Assembly (NCBI GenBank): GCA_023428865.1
Contig: JAEYWT010000147.1
Location: forward strand, 1-32,973
Length of the DNA stretch: 32,973 bases
Source: Bacteroidota bacterium
GTDB taxonomy: Bacteria > Bacteroidota > Bacteroidia > Flavobacteriales_F > PHOS-HE28
Direction of reading: 5' to 3'
The notes below the pieces were generated by a model. That model saw nothing but the letters and a program-made list of their open reading frames with translations, did no database searches and was not told the origin of the DNA. A program made the position numbers and the translations under genes. Every line of letters begins with the position of its first letter. The first letter of the stretch is position 1. Positions 31,765 to 32,973 of the stretch are shown here, piece by piece.

Positions 31765-32586
31765 TCACTCCTTCGCAATGGCGTGGTTCAGTCCTTCGTA
31801 CGCGCTCAGCTCCATCTTGATGGAACCCACGAGCACCTTGGCTTGCGCAAGCACTGGAATGCGGTTGCCGTCATCGGTGATCCACACGTTGAGGTCGTCA
31901 TTGCCTTTGAAGACGCGGCCTTCCTGCACCACGGGTTGGAACTTGAGGCAGCGGTACTTTCCGTTGCGCAACTTGATGGTCTCTTTACCCATGTACTTCA
32001 TGCGCAGCGGCCACAGCTCATCATCCAAGAAGGTCTCGATGGTGAAGATGTCGCCCACCTTGGCATGGCTGAAGTCCAGCGTGCGGGCATAATAGAAGGC
32101 ACTGAGCATGTCCTGCACACTGGCCGGCACTTTGTGTGTCTGCTGCTTCTGGGTGGTGACCTCGCCCTTGTACTGGTTGTACACGTAGTCTTGGGTGAAG
32201 TTGTAGCCACCCTCGCTCACGCGACGCACGAACGCGTAAGGGAAAACACCCTTGGCATCGAAGTGGGTCTCGTAGTGGTCGTCCACCTTGTAGAAGGTGT
32301 TGAAGGCGCCGAGGCTGCGGCCTTTGCCGGTGGCTACCCACACTTTGCGACCAGCGATCTCGCGGCTGCTCTCCTTCAATTCCACCACGGCTTCACCGGC
32401 GTTGACCCAGCCGTAGTGTACCACGTAGGTCAGCTTTTCGCCGGGTTTGAAAGCATCGTGCCTCAATTCACGGAGCTGGTGGAACTCCTTCCTCATTGTG
32501 GTGGTGGATGTGGAGGTTTTCGCTTGGCCGAAGCTCATGGTAAGCACAGCGAGTTCGGCCAGCAGGAATGTGGTTGAACGTGCCAT
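31765..32586 (-). CDS. DUF3108 domain-containing protein
   Basis: The ATG at 32586 gives signal MARSTTFLLAELAVLTMSFGQA. GEKLTYVVHYGWVNAGEAVVELKE, and VWITDDGNRIPVLAQAKVLVGSIKMEL. Confidence 0.7.
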   Translation of the reverse strand: MARSTTFLLAELAVLTMSFGQAKTSTSTTTMRKEFHQLRELRHDAFKPGEKLTYVVHYGWVNAGEAVVELKESSREIAGRKVWVATGKGRSLGAFNTFYKVDDHYETHFDAKGVFPYAFVRRVSEGGYNFTQDYVYNQYKGEVTTQKQQTHKVPASVQDMLSAFYYARTLDFSHAKVGDIFTIETFLDDELWPLRMKYMGKETIKLRNGKYRCLKFQPVVQEGRVFKGNDDLNVWITDDGNRIPVLAQAKVLVGSIKMELSAYEGLNHAIAKE

Positions 32587-32733
32587 GACCTGGGTATTGC
32601 AAACGGGGTGCCAATGCCCACAACGTGCCCAGCGTGGGCTTGTGCCAGTGTTGCGTGTTGAGGAAAAACGGGTTGGATGTTGCGCCACTGTTCCTGCGAC
32701 CCGTAACGCGTAACCACCTAACAGGCAACCCAT

Positions 32734-32973
32734 TCAGACCACGATGTTGACGATCCGTTTCGGCACCACGATCACCTTCTTCGGGGCTTTGCCCTCCAAT
32801 TTGGCCTGCACCTCGGGGTTCGCCAGCACTTGGGCTTCCACCTCCTCCTTGCTCAGGGCGATGGGGAATTCCAGCTGCAGGCGCGTCTTTCCGTTGAAGC
32901 TGATCGGGTAGCTGAAGTTGTCTTCTACGAGGTGTTGCGCGTCCCACTTCGGCCAAACGGCGGTAGTGATGCT
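32734..32973 (-). CDS. leuS: Leucine--tRNA ligase, C-terminal 79 codons (gene starts beyond the window end)
   Basis: Hand translation: SITTAVWPKWDAQHLVEDNFSYPISFNGKTRLQLEFPIALSKEEVEAQVLANPEVQAKLEGKAPKKVIVVPKRIVNIVV*. This matches the conserved LeuS C-terminal tRNA-binding tail. Stop TGA at 32734-32736. Confidence 0.8.
   Translation of the reverse strand, partial: SITTAVWPKWDAQHLVEDNFSYPISFNGKTRLQLEFPIALSKEEVEAQVLANPEVQAKLEGKAPKKVIVVPKRIVNIVV

Noticed and set aside
31501-32577. 358-aa plus-strand ORF; also 16637-17482 (-), 9601-10656 (-), 6903-7754 (-), 30042-30839 (+) and 14727-15335 (-)
   Set aside because: Each is antisense to or overlaps a gene with recognisable family motifs (DUF3108, ispG, the histidine kinase, AsmA, the M23 peptidase/oxidoreductase pair, and the coiled-coil protein/DMT transporter pair). 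All have His/Arg/Gly/Val-rich shadow-frame composition.
1-32973. Mobile elements, prophage, defence islands, CRISPR and rRNA
   Set aside because: I recognised no transposase, integrase or recombinase motifs, no terminal inverted repeats, no repeat-spacer arrays and no rRNA-like segments. The only compositional anomaly is the single low-GC protease gene.

Overview
This is a chromosomal segment at roughly 58-60% GC (hand counts of 60-nt samples). It most likely comes from a member of the Bacteroidota. The evidence is a PorP/SprF gene, a type-B 'gliding motility-associated' T9SS C-terminal domain, many Cys-lipobox lipoproteins, TAnnTTTG-type -7 promoter boxes and the long form of IspG. About two thirds of the window is housekeeping or conserved-hypothetical: a ccoI-like ATPase 5' end, tRNA-Arg(CCT), metG, a beta-barrel OMP, LD-carboxypeptidase, DUF4412, yraN, an rluB-like gene, AsmA, an orphan histidine kinase, hemW, a cyclase, YjbR, DUF502, a coiled-coil protein, a DMT transporter, DUF4230, ispG, an NAD(P)-binding protein, an M23 peptidase, DUF3108 and the leuS 3' end. 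The stand-out region is 19815-28672 on the minus strand. It holds eight genes separated by -4 to +47 nt. They encode four lipoproteins that all share a 'C-K-K-E' lipobox, an unannotated 43-aa membrane peptide, a Tat-signal DUF1501-like alkaline-phosphatase-fold protein, a lipoprotein with a PSCyt-like C-x4-CH motif, a 1160-aa T9SS cargo (CUB-like domain, seven ~70-aa repeats, type-B CTD) and its overlapping PorP/SprF partner. I read this as an uncharacterised cell-envelope or surface system. It joins Planctomycete-style PSCyt / DUF1549-like / DUF1501 modules to a dedicated T9SS cargo-PorP pair. All functional calls come from motif recognition by eye. No database search was run. I saw no CRISPR array, transposase, integrase or rRNA.
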